A program made the position numbers and the translations under genes. Below are positions 7,947 through 17,126 of a stretch of 32,910 nt of DNA, piece by piece (positions within the stretch are counted from its first letter, which is position 1; each line of letters begins with the position of its first letter). The DNA is from a virus. Lineage: Duplodnaviria; Caudoviricetes. Where the stretch lies: the IMG/VR virus record IMGVR_UViG_3300028906_000009, positions 1 to 32,910 of that record. One strand, 5' to 3'. The notes below the pieces were generated by a model, which saw nothing but the letters and a program-made list of their open reading frames with translations, ran no database searches and had not been told where the DNA came from.

Positions 7947-8667
7947 CCAAGTTCTCCTCCGCTGCCCCGCCGGCCTGGCCGCCGGCTGCGCCGGCGACAG
8001 GTGCGGCTTGTGGCGGAACCTTCCCCATCGCCTTCCTGGCCAATTGACTGAGCCAGGTAGGCTTTCGAAACATGTATGCGAACGGGAGGCCCATGGCTTC
8101 TGCCGCCCGCCAAGGCGACACGCCGAGATGGCGGGCTAGAAATTCGATCCCCGCCATTGTTCCCCCGGCTTGGACGATTCTGGACACGCGCTCGCCCAGG
8201 GCCGGCGAGAGAGCCATGCCCGCCAACGCGCCTCCAGCCATGCCAGCCAGGTGGCTTCCGGCCGTTCCGCTTTCGGTCGGTTGGACGCCGCCGGCGAGCG
8301 CACCGAACCCGGCTCGACCGGCGAGAGTGCCGAGCGCGGCCTCGGGCGCGAACATGAACGGCAGCGCGCCGCCGCCGAACCTGCCGATCGATTCGGCCGT
8401 CGATCCGCTAGGGCCGGTCGCCCAGTCTTTGACCCCCTTGCCGGCCTTCTCGAGCGCGGTTGTGGTTCCTGGCGCGATATACTGCCCGATCGGGTCGAGC
8501 AGCTGCCCCGCGCCGACAACGTCGCCGACGACCCCTTTGGCCATGCCCGAGCCGAAGTCCTTGGCGGAGGTCACCGCCGAGCCTGTCCAGGACTCGTCGT
8601 CTTTCGCCGGCGGGGGCCGCGATTTGACGTTCTTGAGGTAGGCGTCCGGATCGAAGTCGTCGGCCAT
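7936..8667 (-). CDS. Putative internal virion/ejection protein
   Basis: Starts MADDFDPDAYL; G/A-rich hydrophobic body; located at the end of the ejection cluster. Confidence 0.7.
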   Translation of the reverse strand: MADDFDPDAYLKNVKSRPPPAKDDESWTGSAVTSAKDFGSGMAKGVVGDVVGAGQLLDPIGQYIAPGTTTALEKAGKGVKDWATGPSGSTAESIGRFGGGALPFMFAPEAALGTLAGRAGFGALAGGVQPTESGTAGSHLAGMAGGALAGMALSPALGERVSRIVQAGGTMAGIEFLARHLGVSPWRAAEAMGLPFAYMFRKPTWLSQLARKAMGKVPPQAAPVAGAAGGQAGGAAEENLDAQ

Positions 8668-10962
8668 TTATTGCCCCAAATGCTCGAGGATTTGTTTCGA
8701 GCGCGGATCGTCGGGGTGAGATCGAGCCCAGTCGAGGGCTCGAGTATCCTCGGGGGATCTCGCTTGCGACGCAGCCGGCGGGCGATAGCTGTCGACCTGT
8801 TTCAACACTGGGGTGAGCTCGGGCGACGGGGTGGGAGCCACTCCGAGAGAGTCAGTCCCCTCCTGCGCCTGGCCTGATTTCGAGAATTGGTCGAACAGCT
8901 TGAACATGGCGTCTGGCTGGCGGCCGGTCCCTGCCGTGAAGTCCATCTTCAGCTTATCCATCCTCGCCTTGAGGAGGGAGATTTTGTTGTCGACGTCGCC
9001 GATCGCGGTGTCGGGGTCGAGCGATTTCCAGTCCATCTGCCCGATCGCCATGTCGCGCCCGCTGACCGTCGGCTTGCCGCCCGTGGTGCCGCGCTCGTAC
9101 TCGTTGGCGCTCGTCTCCATCTCGTTGTTGAGCGCGCCGATCAAAGCGCGCTCCTCGGGCGTGCCGCCGGCGGCCTTGCCAAGCAACCAGGTGCCGCCGA
9201 CCGTTCTCATTCGCAGGTTCTGGAGGCCGCCCAGCGCCTTGAGCTTCTCGAGGTCCGCCTTGTACGAGTTGAGGTGGCTGTAGGCGGTCGCGATCGAGAC
9301 GAGGCTCTGGCCTTGGGGTCCGACGGTGAAGGCGCGCATCGTGCCTTGGCGGGTCTGAAACGTCTGAGCGTTGAAGGTCGGGTCGACCTTGCTGCCGAGC
9401 CCGATAATCTTGCTGACAAGCCCCTGGGAACGCTGGGCGGTGGGCATTTTCATCCGGCCCGAGATGTATCCGTCGAGCGTGTCGGCGAACGAAGGGTCAA
9501 CCTTGCGGATGGCGTCCATCGCCGCCTTGCCCTTGAGCTTCGGGTCAGCCTGGATTCGGGCGAGGTCGGCCTCGATCTCGGACTGCCGCTTGACCGCGTA
9601 GTCGAACACTTTCGGCGGCACGCCTGGCAGGCCTTTCGCCGTCGGAATGCGGGTGCCGTTGACGAGGTCGTGGGCGATTTGGTCGATCGGCGCGGTCTGA
9701 AAGCCCTTGCCGCTGATCCGGTCCTTGTCGTTGGCGGCGTCCGTCAGCGCCTGCGACGGGGTCGGCGTGAACTGAGGTTGCTGCGCTTGAGGCTGCGCCT
9801 GCGCCAGGCGTTGCATGCCGGGCTGGGGTGCGTCGGAAGCGCCAGCCTGGGCGACCTGGACGCCTCGTTGTGCCTGCGCTTGGGCCTGGGGTTGGTCGTC
9901 GGGGGTGACATCCAGGCCAGGCCCGGTCGGCGCTTCAGGCGCGGGCGCGGACGGCGGTGAGCTCGGGGTTGCGGGTTGAGATCCCTCGCCGGCGTCCGGA
10001 GTCGTTCCGTCGGCTGACGGTGCAGCTGGCGTTTCGTCCGCGCTCGCAGGGGGCACTGCCGGCGTGCCGCCTTCGCGCCAGGGGTCTTCCTCCTTGCGTG
10101 TCGCGTCCTCCTTGCGCTGTTGAGTGACGCTCTCGCGGAGGCTCGTCCCGTTGGCGTCGCGCTCCTTGAGGATGTTCTCGGCCCGCTGCAGGTTGCCGCT
10201 CTCGAGCGCCGCCAGCATCGGCTTGTCGTTGTACTTGGTGGCGACCTCCATCAGCCGGTCATGGAGCTCGGTGGCGTCCTTGGCCTTCGGGTCGCCGCTC
10301 CAAGTGCCGACGTCGCCGCCGCCGAGCGCGAAGGCGTCGCGGTAATCCTTCTGCTCCTGGTAGGATTTTTCGTCGAGCGCCTGGGCGCTGATCTTCATCC
10401 GCTCTTCCAGGATCCCGAGCGCGTATTTCTGGCCCTCCATGTAGGCCTTCGAATGCCCCTGGGTCGCCGCGCCCAGCATGGCGGCGGTCGGCGCCGTGTT
10501 GCCTGATCCCTGGTTGGTGAAAAAGCGGGCGACGTTCGAGTAGATGCCGTTCACCTCCCACGGCTCGGGCACAGGCCCGAACGGACGCGGCTCGCCCCAC
10601 TGGTGCCAGGGCCGATTCGGCAGCGGCGGGAAATACCGCTGGATCGGGCGCGGCCGGAACGGCATCGGGTGTTGCGGCGAGAGGCCGATCGGAGGCGGCT
10701 TGGGCGGCCCATCGCGCGGCGGCGGCCCCCGCGTCGGCGGCGGCTGGTCGGGGATGCCTGGAAATTGCTGCCGGGTGGGCGCGACCGTAGTCGGCTGATC
10801 GGGGGTCTTGCGATCGGCGCGGTTCCACACGCCGGTGTCGCTGGCGGCGCCCGCCAGGCTGGAGAGCGGCGAGGGCGCGCCTCGAGGCGGCGTCCATGAG
10901 CTCGGGGGCGGCGCGTCGTCCTGGGCGTCGGGGCTGTTGTCGGCGTTTGAGGTGTCGGTCAT
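8668..10962 (-). CDS. Large putative ejection protein (764 aa)
   Basis: Long ORF with Pro/Gln-rich linkers, abutting or coupled to its neighbours; podovirus ejection-cluster position. Confidence 0.75.
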   Translation of the reverse strand: MTDTSNADNSPDAQDDAPPPSSWTPPRGAPSPLSSLAGAASDTGVWNRADRKTPDQPTTVAPTRQQFPGIPDQPPPTRGPPPRDGPPKPPPIGLSPQHPMPFRPRPIQRYFPPLPNRPWHQWGEPRPFGPVPEPWEVNGIYSNVARFFTNQGSGNTAPTAAMLGAATQGHSKAYMEGQKYALGILEERMKISAQALDEKSYQEQKDYRDAFALGGGDVGTWSGDPKAKDATELHDRLMEVATKYNDKPMLAALESGNLQRAENILKERDANGTSLRESVTQQRKEDATRKEEDPWREGGTPAVPPASADETPAAPSADGTTPDAGEGSQPATPSSPPSAPAPEAPTGPGLDVTPDDQPQAQAQAQRGVQVAQAGASDAPQPGMQRLAQAQPQAQQPQFTPTPSQALTDAANDKDRISGKGFQTAPIDQIAHDLVNGTRIPTAKGLPGVPPKVFDYAVKRQSEIEADLARIQADPKLKGKAAMDAIRKVDPSFADTLDGYISGRMKMPTAQRSQGLVSKIIGLGSKVDPTFNAQTFQTRQGTMRAFTVGPQGQSLVSIATAYSHLNSYKADLEKLKALGGLQNLRMRTVGGTWLLGKAAGGTPEERALIGALNNEMETSANEYERGTTGGKPTVSGRDMAIGQMDWKSLDPDTAIGDVDNKISLLKARMDKLKMDFTAGTGRQPDAMFKLFDQFSKSGQAQEGTDSLGVAPTPSPELTPVLKQVDSYRPPAASQARSPEDTRALDWARSHPDDPRSKQILEHLGQ

Positions 10963-12911
10963 CCTGTTGCCGCGTAGTCGTCGGATTGCACGGGCGGGGT
11001 TGTTGGTTGCGCCGGCGCGGGCGTCGGAGCGGAAGCGGGGGTGGCAGCCGGTGTGCTCGGGGCTGTCGCGGTCGCTGGCGCAGCGGCTATCGCGTCACTA
11101 GGCGGCGGCACTCTGAAAACTGCGCTCGAAATTGGAAATATGCTGCGCTTTAGCTGCCCGCCTCCCTGATTTCCGCCCAGCCCGACAAAAGTCCCATCTG
11201 GATTCACGCGATCGACAAAAGTGACATGCGTGTAGGGCATCCCGGTTTTGTTGTCCTGTCCACGGATGACGGCGATGTCGCCTTGTTGCGGCGCTCCTTG
11301 CCGGGCGGCGCCATATCCCGCCCATGATCCGGCCATCGCGCTGCCAGCCGGCGGCGTTCCGCCGGATGCTTTCACCACTGCAGCGGCGAAATCTCCGCAC
11401 CATTCTCCTGCGTGTTCCGGGTATCCTTCCTTTCTCATGAAATCGGCGACGGCGTTGGGGTCGCCGCCCGTTTGCAGCGCGACCTGGCGCGCCTCGTTCA
11501 AGACATCGGCCGGAACGCCGTCCACAGGCGAGGTCGCGCCGCCTGGCTGTGCGGCTGCGTCGCCCGCTTGGCCGCCGTTGGGCGGACTGCCGTCGGACGT
11601 CGGGGCTCCCCACCCGCCGCTCGCTCCCCCGCCACCGCTTGATCCGCCGCCGCCGGCGAACGCCATCGGCTGGTTGCCGGCCTGGCCTGGCGCCCAGGCG
11701 CCCCAGCCAGGGTGATAGCCACCGGGATGGAAGCCCCAGCCGCCCTGCCGGCGTGGGTAGTAGCCTGGCCGAAGGAAGCCGCCCCGGAAGCCGACGAAAC
11801 CGCGTCTTGTGCCGCGCATGAACGGCATCATGCCGTGCATCGCCCAGGGCGGGAGCCCGCCCCGCCCGTGCCCGCGTCCGCCGATCATCTGGGCGAGCAT
11901 CGGCAGCAAGGTCGGGGATCCGAGCGCCAGGCCCAGAATGTCCCGGAGTATTTCACCCATCCCCTCTGTAGGCCCAGGAACGCCCTGGGGAGCCCCAGGA
12001 GGGGCCTCGGGCGTCGCCGGGGTCTCTGGGCCCTTTTTTGTCGGCAGGTCAGCCACGGCTGGCGCGGGCGCGGCTGGCGCGGGCGTTGGCGTGGCGGCAG
12101 GTTTCGCGACCGCGGCCGGTGGTTGGGCCGGCGTGCCGGTCGGAACCTCGAGCGCGTTGCCGGGGCCCCCGCCGAGCGCGACCTGGGGCGTCGCCTGGTC
12201 GGCGGGCCCGCCTTCGGCGGCGGCTTTCGCAGCCGGGTCGTCCGTCTGGCTGGCTGCCGCGGCGGCGTCGGAGCCGATGCCGCTCTGGGGCGCGGTATAG
12301 CCGCCAGGCGGGAGCACGCCGGTGTTCGCCGGCGTCGGCATGGTCGGCAGGAGTTGCGAGAGGATGCCGCCCGCGCCTCGCTGATCGGCGCCCGAGCTCG
12401 CCGGCGTCGGCGCTGTCGGCCCGCCGGCGGTCGGTTTCGCGCCAAGCCCGAACGCGCCGCCGAGCGCCTTGGCGATTTGAGCGAGCGGCGATGGGGGCTG
12501 TTTCGCCGCCGCCGGCGTCGTCTGTTGCTGTTGGTTCTGGGTCGTCGGTTGCGGCGCGCCGCCCGACTGGGTGCCGCCGATGTTCGCGCTTGGGTCGGAT
12601 CCCGAGGGCGTGCCGGCGACGTCGGCCGCCGGCGTCATCGACTGGGTCGCCGCCTGGGTGCCGCTCGGGTCGACCGTGCTGAACACCCCGCCGAGGCCGC
12701 TCGAATCGCCGAGCAGCGCCGAGCCGAGGCCGGCGTCGGCGAACAGGCTCGAGATGTCGGGCGAGCCGCCGCCCGCGCCGTCGCCGAACAGGTTGCCGCT
12801 GCCGCCAGAAAGCGCGTCGCCCAGGCTGGCGTCGTTGAAGGTCTGGTCGAGGTTGAGCCCGCTTAGATCGCTGCTACCGCCACCCGCGCTTGCGCCGCCT
12901 GTGTCGCTCAC
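10959..12911 (-). CDS. Virion protein with C-terminal CHAP/NlpC-type peptidoglycan hydrolase domain
   Basis: EWCGDFAAAV...GDIAVI...HVTFV...LGGNQ catalytic Cys/His pattern (TIGR02594-like); low-complexity N-terminal two thirds. Confidence 0.82.
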   Translation of the reverse strand: MSDTGGASAGGGSSDLSGLNLDQTFNDASLGDALSGGSGNLFGDGAGGGSPDISSLFADAGLGSALLGDSSGLGGVFSTVDPSGTQAATQSMTPAADVAGTPSGSDPSANIGGTQSGGAPQPTTQNQQQQTTPAAAKQPPSPLAQIAKALGGAFGLGAKPTAGGPTAPTPASSGADQRGAGGILSQLLPTMPTPANTGVLPPGGYTAPQSGIGSDAAAAASQTDDPAAKAAAEGGPADQATPQVALGGGPGNALEVPTGTPAQPPAAVAKPAATPTPAPAAPAPAVADLPTKKGPETPATPEAPPGAPQGVPGPTEGMGEILRDILGLALGSPTLLPMLAQMIGGRGHGRGGLPPWAMHGMMPFMRGTRRGFVGFRGGFLRPGYYPRRQGGWGFHPGGYHPGWGAWAPGQAGNQPMAFAGGGGSSGGGGASGGWGAPTSDGSPPNGGQAGDAAAQPGGATSPVDGVPADVLNEARQVALQTGGDPNAVADFMRKEGYPEHAGEWCGDFAAAVVKASGGTPPAGSAMAGSWAGYGAARQGAPQQGDIAVIRGQDNKTGMPYTHVTFVDRVNPDGTFVGLGGNQGGGQLKRSIFPISSAVFRVPPPSDAIAAAPATATAPSTPAATPASAPTPAPAQPTTPPVQSDDYAATG

Positions 12912-12914
12912 TGC

Positions 12915-13430
12915 TCATGCTCCAAGAGCGGCGCCAAGAGCGGCGTCGTCGAAGGTGCTGCCGCTGACGCCGCTGAGAATGTCGCTCGCCCCCGACCCAC
13001 CAAGGACGCTGCCCGCGCCCGCCGAGAATTGCCCACTGCCCGCCGCCTGGGTCGCCAAATTGCCCAGCGCGCTGGTCAGACCTTGATTGGCGGCCTGGGT
13101 CGAGCCGACGCCGATCAGCTGATTGACCGACGGTTGCAGTGAGGTGTTGATCGCCGGGTCGGAGACGGTCTGGGTCTGCTCCTGGCCGATCGTCGCGTCG
13201 GCCAGCTTTTGCTGGCCGGTCAGGTCTTGCCCCTCCATCGTCGAGCCGCCGAGGCCTAGCTGGTTGTAACGGTTGGTGACCGACTGGGTGTTGTCGCCGG
13301 TGGCGCTCATGATCGACGAGAGATCGAATGGCGAGGGACCGAAATTGAACGGCAGGCCGGCCCCGCCGCCAGTGACGTCAAAGCCGCCGCTCGACCCCTT
13401 GCCACTGCCGCTGCCGCCGCTCTGACTCAT
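12915..13430 (-). CDS. Putative ejection/pilot protein (G/S-rich)
   Basis: Tight spacing in the operon; LGLGGSTM motif. Confidence 0.7.
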   Translation of the reverse strand: MSQSGGSGSGKGSSGGFDVTGGGAGLPFNFGPSPFDLSSIMSATGDNTQSVTNRYNQLGLGGSTMEGQDLTGQQKLADATIGQEQTQTVSDPAINTSLQPSVNQLIGVGSTQAANQGLTSALGNLATQAAGSGQFSAGAGSVLGGSGASDILSGVSGSTFDDAALGAALGA

Positions 13431-13433
13431 GCG

Positions 13434-13931
13434 TTATCCCGTGGTGTTGAAGATGTCGGCCGCGCCCTGGCTGAAGTCCGTGTTGCCGGCCGCCGTGGTG
13501 GCGGCCTTGCCGGCCTGGGTGATGCCGGTGGTCAGCTGTTGGGTCGCCAGGTTCTGCAGCTCCGACTGATTCGACAGGCCTTGGATCGCGGCTTGGCTCT
13601 CGTTCTCGTAGGCCTTGTACATCGCGTCTTCGTCGGTGTTCGACATCGTGCCTTCGGCGACCGCCTTGCCCATCCGGTTGCCGGTCCCGGCCTGCGTCGC
13701 CATCGTCGACATGCCGGTGCCGCTCGCGCCGAACGTCTGCCCGGTGGCGACGTTGGCCTCGTCCATGCCGTACTGGGCAAGCGACTCCTGCTCGGGGGTG
13801 ATGCCGCCCGAGGAATAGAACGGCGGGATGTTGACGTTCTGGGGCGAGGAGCCTTTGGCGCCGCCGGCGAGGTTCGAAATGGCTGACGCGCCGGTGATCC
13901 CCGCGCCGATGTCGGAAATCGGATTGCTCAT
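13434..13931 (-). CDS. Putative ejection/pilot protein (165 aa)
   Basis: True start MSNPISDIG at ATG 13931 (ATGA overlap); follows the GNAT gene, as pilot proteins often do. Confidence 0.7.
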   Translation of the reverse strand: MSNPISDIGAGITGASAISNLAGGAKGSSPQNVNIPPFYSSGGITPEQESLAQYGMDEANVATGQTFGASGTGMSTMATQAGTGNRMGKAVAEGTMSNTDEDAMYKAYENESQAAIQGLSNQSELQNLATQQLTTGITQAGKAATTAAGNTDFSQGAADIFNTTG

Positions 13932-14398
13932 GCCAGCCTCAAGCAATAGCGCGGACTGAGCTCGTTCGCCCCGAGGCGCCTGGCGAACGGCCCGAACTCG
14001 ACCTCCGTCTCGCTGGTCAGCCGCCATTCGGTGGCGCGCCGCATTTTCGCCCAGTCGATCGAGAAGCGCAGGAGCTCGAGCGCCTGCCACATGCGGCCCT
14101 CGTCGGCGACCACCAGGACGACGTTGGCCTCGAGCTCGCCTGGCGCCCAGGGAATGATGTTGAGGGCCGCGATCAGGAAGGCGCCGTCGAGCCGCACCGG
14201 CAGGAACACCAGCGGCGCGCGAAGCACAATGTTGCGAAACCAGCCCTCGGTCGCCATCGGGTCGAATCGGTTCGAATAGCGCCGGCGGCCGAGATCCAGC
14301 ATCCAAGCGATATCGGCCTCGGTCAGGAGGCGGGGGGCTACGGACCTATCGACAGCATTGCTGCGTAGTGCAGCTGCAGGTTCACGAAGAGCGACCAT
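13928..14398 (-). CDS. GNAT-fold acetyltransferase-like virion-assembly protein
   Basis: RLLTEADIAW...LLRFSIDWAKMRRA...FARRLGA pattern; position before ejection genes. Start uncertain. Confidence 0.65.
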   Translation of the reverse strand: MVALREPAAALRSNAVDRSVAPRLLTEADIAWMLDLGRRRYSNRFDPMATEGWFRNIVLRAPLVFLPVRLDGAFLIAALNIIPWAPGELEANVVLVVADEGRMWQALELLRFSIDWAKMRRATEWRLTSETEVEFGPFARRLGANELSPRYCLRLA

Positions 14399-14715
14399 AT
14401 GAGCTCACTTGGTTGCTCAAGGTCGCTGTCTAGCAAGATTTGCCCAGCGTTCATACCGACCGCGCTCGAGCCGTAGAACGGCGGCAAATACTCAGCGGCG
14501 TTGTCGTGCGCGTTCTGGTGCTTCAGCTGCCACATCGTCGCCGGCGCGCCGGCCTCGAGGGTGCGCGGGTCGAACAAGTACGGCGCGACCGCGAACTGGG
14601 TGTAGTTCGACAGCGGCGTGATCGCGTTGACCAAGACCTGGTGCCAGGCGCGGTGCTCGAGCCCGAACGACGGGTTCTGATCGCTGCCGCCGGTCATCAG
14701 CGTGTCGATGCTCAT
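14338..14715 (-). CDS. Hypothetical virion-operon protein (125 aa, His-rich)
   Basis: EHRAWH...HQNAH...QLH; start coupled by ATGA to the upstream small ORF. Confidence 0.7.
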   Translation of the reverse strand: MSIDTLMTGGSDQNPSFGLEHRAWHQVLVNAITPLSNYTQFAVAPYLFDPRTLEAGAPATMWQLKHQNAHDNAAEYLPPFYGSSAVGMNAGQILLDSDLEQPSELIWSLFVNLQLHYAAMLSIGP

Positions 14716-14822
14716 TGGCGGCGATACTTCGGCCTCGCCCGCCGCGCGTAGAGCCGGCGATCGAACACGTAGAGGATGACAGCGGACACCCGGACGCCGC
14801 GATAGGGGCTGCGCTCACTCAC
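14712..14822 (-). CDS. Small Arg-rich peptide (36 aa; 25 aa if GTG 14789 is the start)
   Basis: Hand translation MSERSPYRGVRVSAVILYVFDRRLYARRARPKYRRQ; fills the gap and ends in ATGA coupling. Confidence 0.5.
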   Translation of the reverse strand: MSERSPYRGVRVSAVILYVFDRRLYARRARPKYRRQ

Positions 14823-15024
14823 CTTCGAGGCCCCAAATGTCCTTCATGCACTTGTCGCAAAAGCGCACCGTCCAGCCCTTCGCGTTCGACATGATGAGCG
14901 GCACGCTGTCCTCGGGGATGACGGCCGAGCAGTAGGAGCAGAGGGCCGACGGCACGCTGTCGGGCCGCCCCCAGGTGAGGCGGTTCCAATCGAGGGCGAC
15001 CTTTGGTTTGAGCGCGATAGTCAT
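14815..15024 (-). CDS. Small Zn-finger-like protein
   Basis: CSYC...FCDKC; ATGA overlap. Confidence 0.7.
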   Translation of the reverse strand: MTIALKPKVALDWNRLTWGRPDSVPSALCSYCSAVIPEDSVPLIMSNAKGWTVRFCDKCMKDIWGLEGE

Positions 15025-15287
15025 CGACGGCGCACCCGCTCGCTTTCCTCTTGCGGGCCGTAGCGGTCGAGCGCGGTTCCGATCGGATCGAAACCCCTCG
15101 GATCGATCCGGTCGGTGCCGAAATCCGACCTATTGCCGCCGGCGACCGCGCCTCTTGGTCCGACGCGCGGCTCGGTTCCGGTTCTCAAAGGCCCGGCGAG
15201 TGAGTTGCCGGATTTCTGATAGCCGTCCGGGGTCACGAAGACTGCCGTCGGGTCGCGGTTCGTCGGCCATTCGCTTTGCTTCGCCAT
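15021..15287 (-). CDS. Hypothetical protein (88 aa)
   Basis: Starts 3 nt after the previous stop; coupled downstream. Confidence 0.7.
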   Translation of the reverse strand: MAKQSEWPTNRDPTAVFVTPDGYQKSGNSLAGPLRTGTEPRVGPRGAVAGGNRSDFGTDRIDPRGFDPIGTALDRYGPQEESERVRRR

Positions 15288-15290
15288 TTG

Positions 15291-16439
15291 TCACCCCATC
15301 ATCGTCGCGTTCTGGGCCAGGTTAGAGAGCTCCGGTTGGCCTGCAAACAGACTGAGCAGAAGCTGGAAGATGCCGCCCATATCCGGCGTCGTCGGTGAGC
15401 TCGGCGGCGCGGTGGTGGCGGGCGTCGACGTCGTCGAGCTCGGCGTCGCCGCATTGGTTTGAGCCTGCGCGGTTTGCGCGGCAGGACCAAGCCCGCTTGC
15501 GACGTCGCCCACCTCGCTCGCGGCGACAGAAGGCCCGTTCGGTCCTGCCGGCCCGACCACCGACGGCGAGCCCTGCGTCGGTCCCGCCGGCGCGGCGGTC
15601 ACGCCGGGACTGACCCCCTCGACGGAGGGGTAGCCCATGTTTGTAGGAGCTGCATTTGGATCGCCGGTTCCTAAAGTCGCCGTACCCCGTAGCATAGCCG
15701 TTTGAGTAGGGTTGGCGGGCGGCCCAAAAAGTCCCGGATTCGCCATCACCGCCTGCGCCAAGGCCGACAGCTGACTGTTCAGCGAGGAGACTGCCGAGGC
15801 GCTCAATCCGCGCGGCGCAACGCCGAGCGGCGACACCGCGACCTGGCCCACCGGGGCGGCGTTGCCCAAGCCGCCAAGTAAGCCGCCGGTGCCAAGGCCG
15901 AGCAGGCTCGCGAGACCCATCGCCGCCGCGCTGCCGCCGCTCGCGGTTCCCCCGCCCCCACCGGTCGCGCCGCCTGCGCCGCCGAAGCCCGCCGCGCTCG
16001 ATCCGGGGCCGCCGATCCCGCCAACGCCGGTGCTGACGCCGCCCGCCGGCCCCGCGCCAGGACTGCCGCCGAAGCCCATTCCGGCCGCCGCGGCGTTGCT
16101 GACGCCCGTGTTGCTGGTCCCCGGACCCATGCCGACGCTTGAGCCAAAGCCGGTGGCTCCGGCGTTCGCGGCTGCATCAGCGGCGGCGGCTACGCCCCCC
16201 GCTCCTTGTCCAGGCGAAGTTCCCGGCGCGGTCGTGCTGGTGCCGGCGGGCGCATCGGCGGTTCCGCTGACGCCCATGCCCGAGGGGGCGCCGGAAGCCG
16301 TGCCGCCTTGTCCGGAGGGGCCAGCGGTGGCGCTGCCTGGACCGCTATCGCCGCCAGATCCGTCGCCATCGCCGCTCGAGCCGTCGCCGCCGTTGTCCCA
16401 GCGGACGTTGAAGAGCCACTGCTTGGTGTGGTTAGCCAT
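15291..16439 (-). CDS. Gly/Ala/Pro-rich low-complexity virion-operon protein (382 aa)
   Basis: SD GAGGG; long ORF in operon orientation; hydrophobic segments at centre and C-terminus. Confidence 0.7.
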   Translation of the reverse strand: MANHTKQWLFNVRWDNGGDGSSGDGDGSGGDSGPGSATAGPSGQGGTASGAPSGMGVSGTADAPAGTSTTAPGTSPGQGAGGVAAAADAAANAGATGFGSSVGMGPGTSNTGVSNAAAAGMGFGGSPGAGPAGGVSTGVGGIGGPGSSAAGFGGAGGATGGGGGTASGGSAAAMGLASLLGLGTGGLLGGLGNAAPVGQVAVSPLGVAPRGLSASAVSSLNSQLSALAQAVMANPGLFGPPANPTQTAMLRGTATLGTGDPNAAPTNMGYPSVEGVSPGVTAAPAGPTQGSPSVVGPAGPNGPSVAASEVGDVASGLGPAAQTAQAQTNAATPSSTTSTPATTAPPSSPTTPDMGGIFQLLLSLFAGQPELSNLAQNATMMG

Positions 16440-16959
16440 TCCCTCGCGCCTTCAAGACCTCGATCGGCATGAGCTCGATGACGTCGTTGAAGCGCAGGAG
16501 GCCGGCAAGCGCAATCAGCGCGGCCTCGGCTCGGCCGTCGTCGCACTTGCGCTTGAACTTTTCGGCCTGCGCCGGCCAGCGGTTGATGGCGACCGAACGC
16601 GCCATGTCCTTCATGTCCCTGCCGGGAGGGACGCCGACGGCGCGCTTCCACTGGGCGGGCTGGATGAAGAGGGCGGGAATAGCTGCGGCAGCGAGACAGC
16701 CACGGACCACGCCTTTTGCATCGCCGAAGGCGAAAGCGCCGACAGCTCCCTCCATAGGTCGAGGACCGACGCGTTCAACAAAGGCTCGATCGGCGTGAGA
16801 CTTGTAGACGATTTCAGCCAAGAGCGGAGCATTGACGGTCCTCCGGTGCTTAGGGCCGTCATGTAGGCAGGGCATGTCGAAGACATCAATGAGCTCGCCC
16901 TGGTCGGAGAGCAGCGCGATCGCGCCGGTCGCGCCGATATCGACGCCCAGCACGCTCAT
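16432..16959 (-). CDS. RuvC-like Holliday junction resolvase
   Basis: VLGVDIG, AFVERV, GAFAFG, PAQWK and DGRAEAALIA motifs. Start ATG 16959 (ATGA overlap). Confidence 0.85.
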   Translation of the reverse strand: MSVLGVDIGATGAIALLSDQGELIDVFDMPCLHDGPKHRRTVNAPLLAEIVYKSHADRAFVERVGPRPMEGAVGAFAFGDAKGVVRGCLAAAAIPALFIQPAQWKRAVGVPPGRDMKDMARSVAINRWPAQAEKFKRKCDDGRAEAALIALAGLLRFNDVIELMPIEVLKARGNG

Positions 16960-17126
16960 CGCCCGTTGTCCCGGTGCGGCCCGGTGCGCCCGCCTGGGCG
17001 AGGCGTTCCGCGTTTCGTGCGCCGGCCTTTTCGCGCCGGCGGCGACCAATCGGAGGGCCAAGCGTCGTCGCTCCAGGGCATCCGGACGGTTGGACCCCGA
17101 CCAGGGGCCTTGAAGCGGCGAGCCAT
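16956..17126 (-). CDS. Arg-rich peptide 6 (56 aa)
   Basis: MARRFKAPGRGPTVRMPWSDDAWPSDWSPPARKGRRTKRGTPRPGGRTGPHRDNGR; SD GGAGG; TAATG and ATGA coupling. Confidence 0.72.
   Translation of the reverse strand: MARRFKAPGRGPTVRMPWSDDAWPSDWSPPARKGRRTKRGTPRPGGRTGPHRDNGR

Noticed and set aside
15291-16439. Collagen-like repeat protein
   Set aside because: Gly-rich but lacks sustained Gly-X-Y periodicity.
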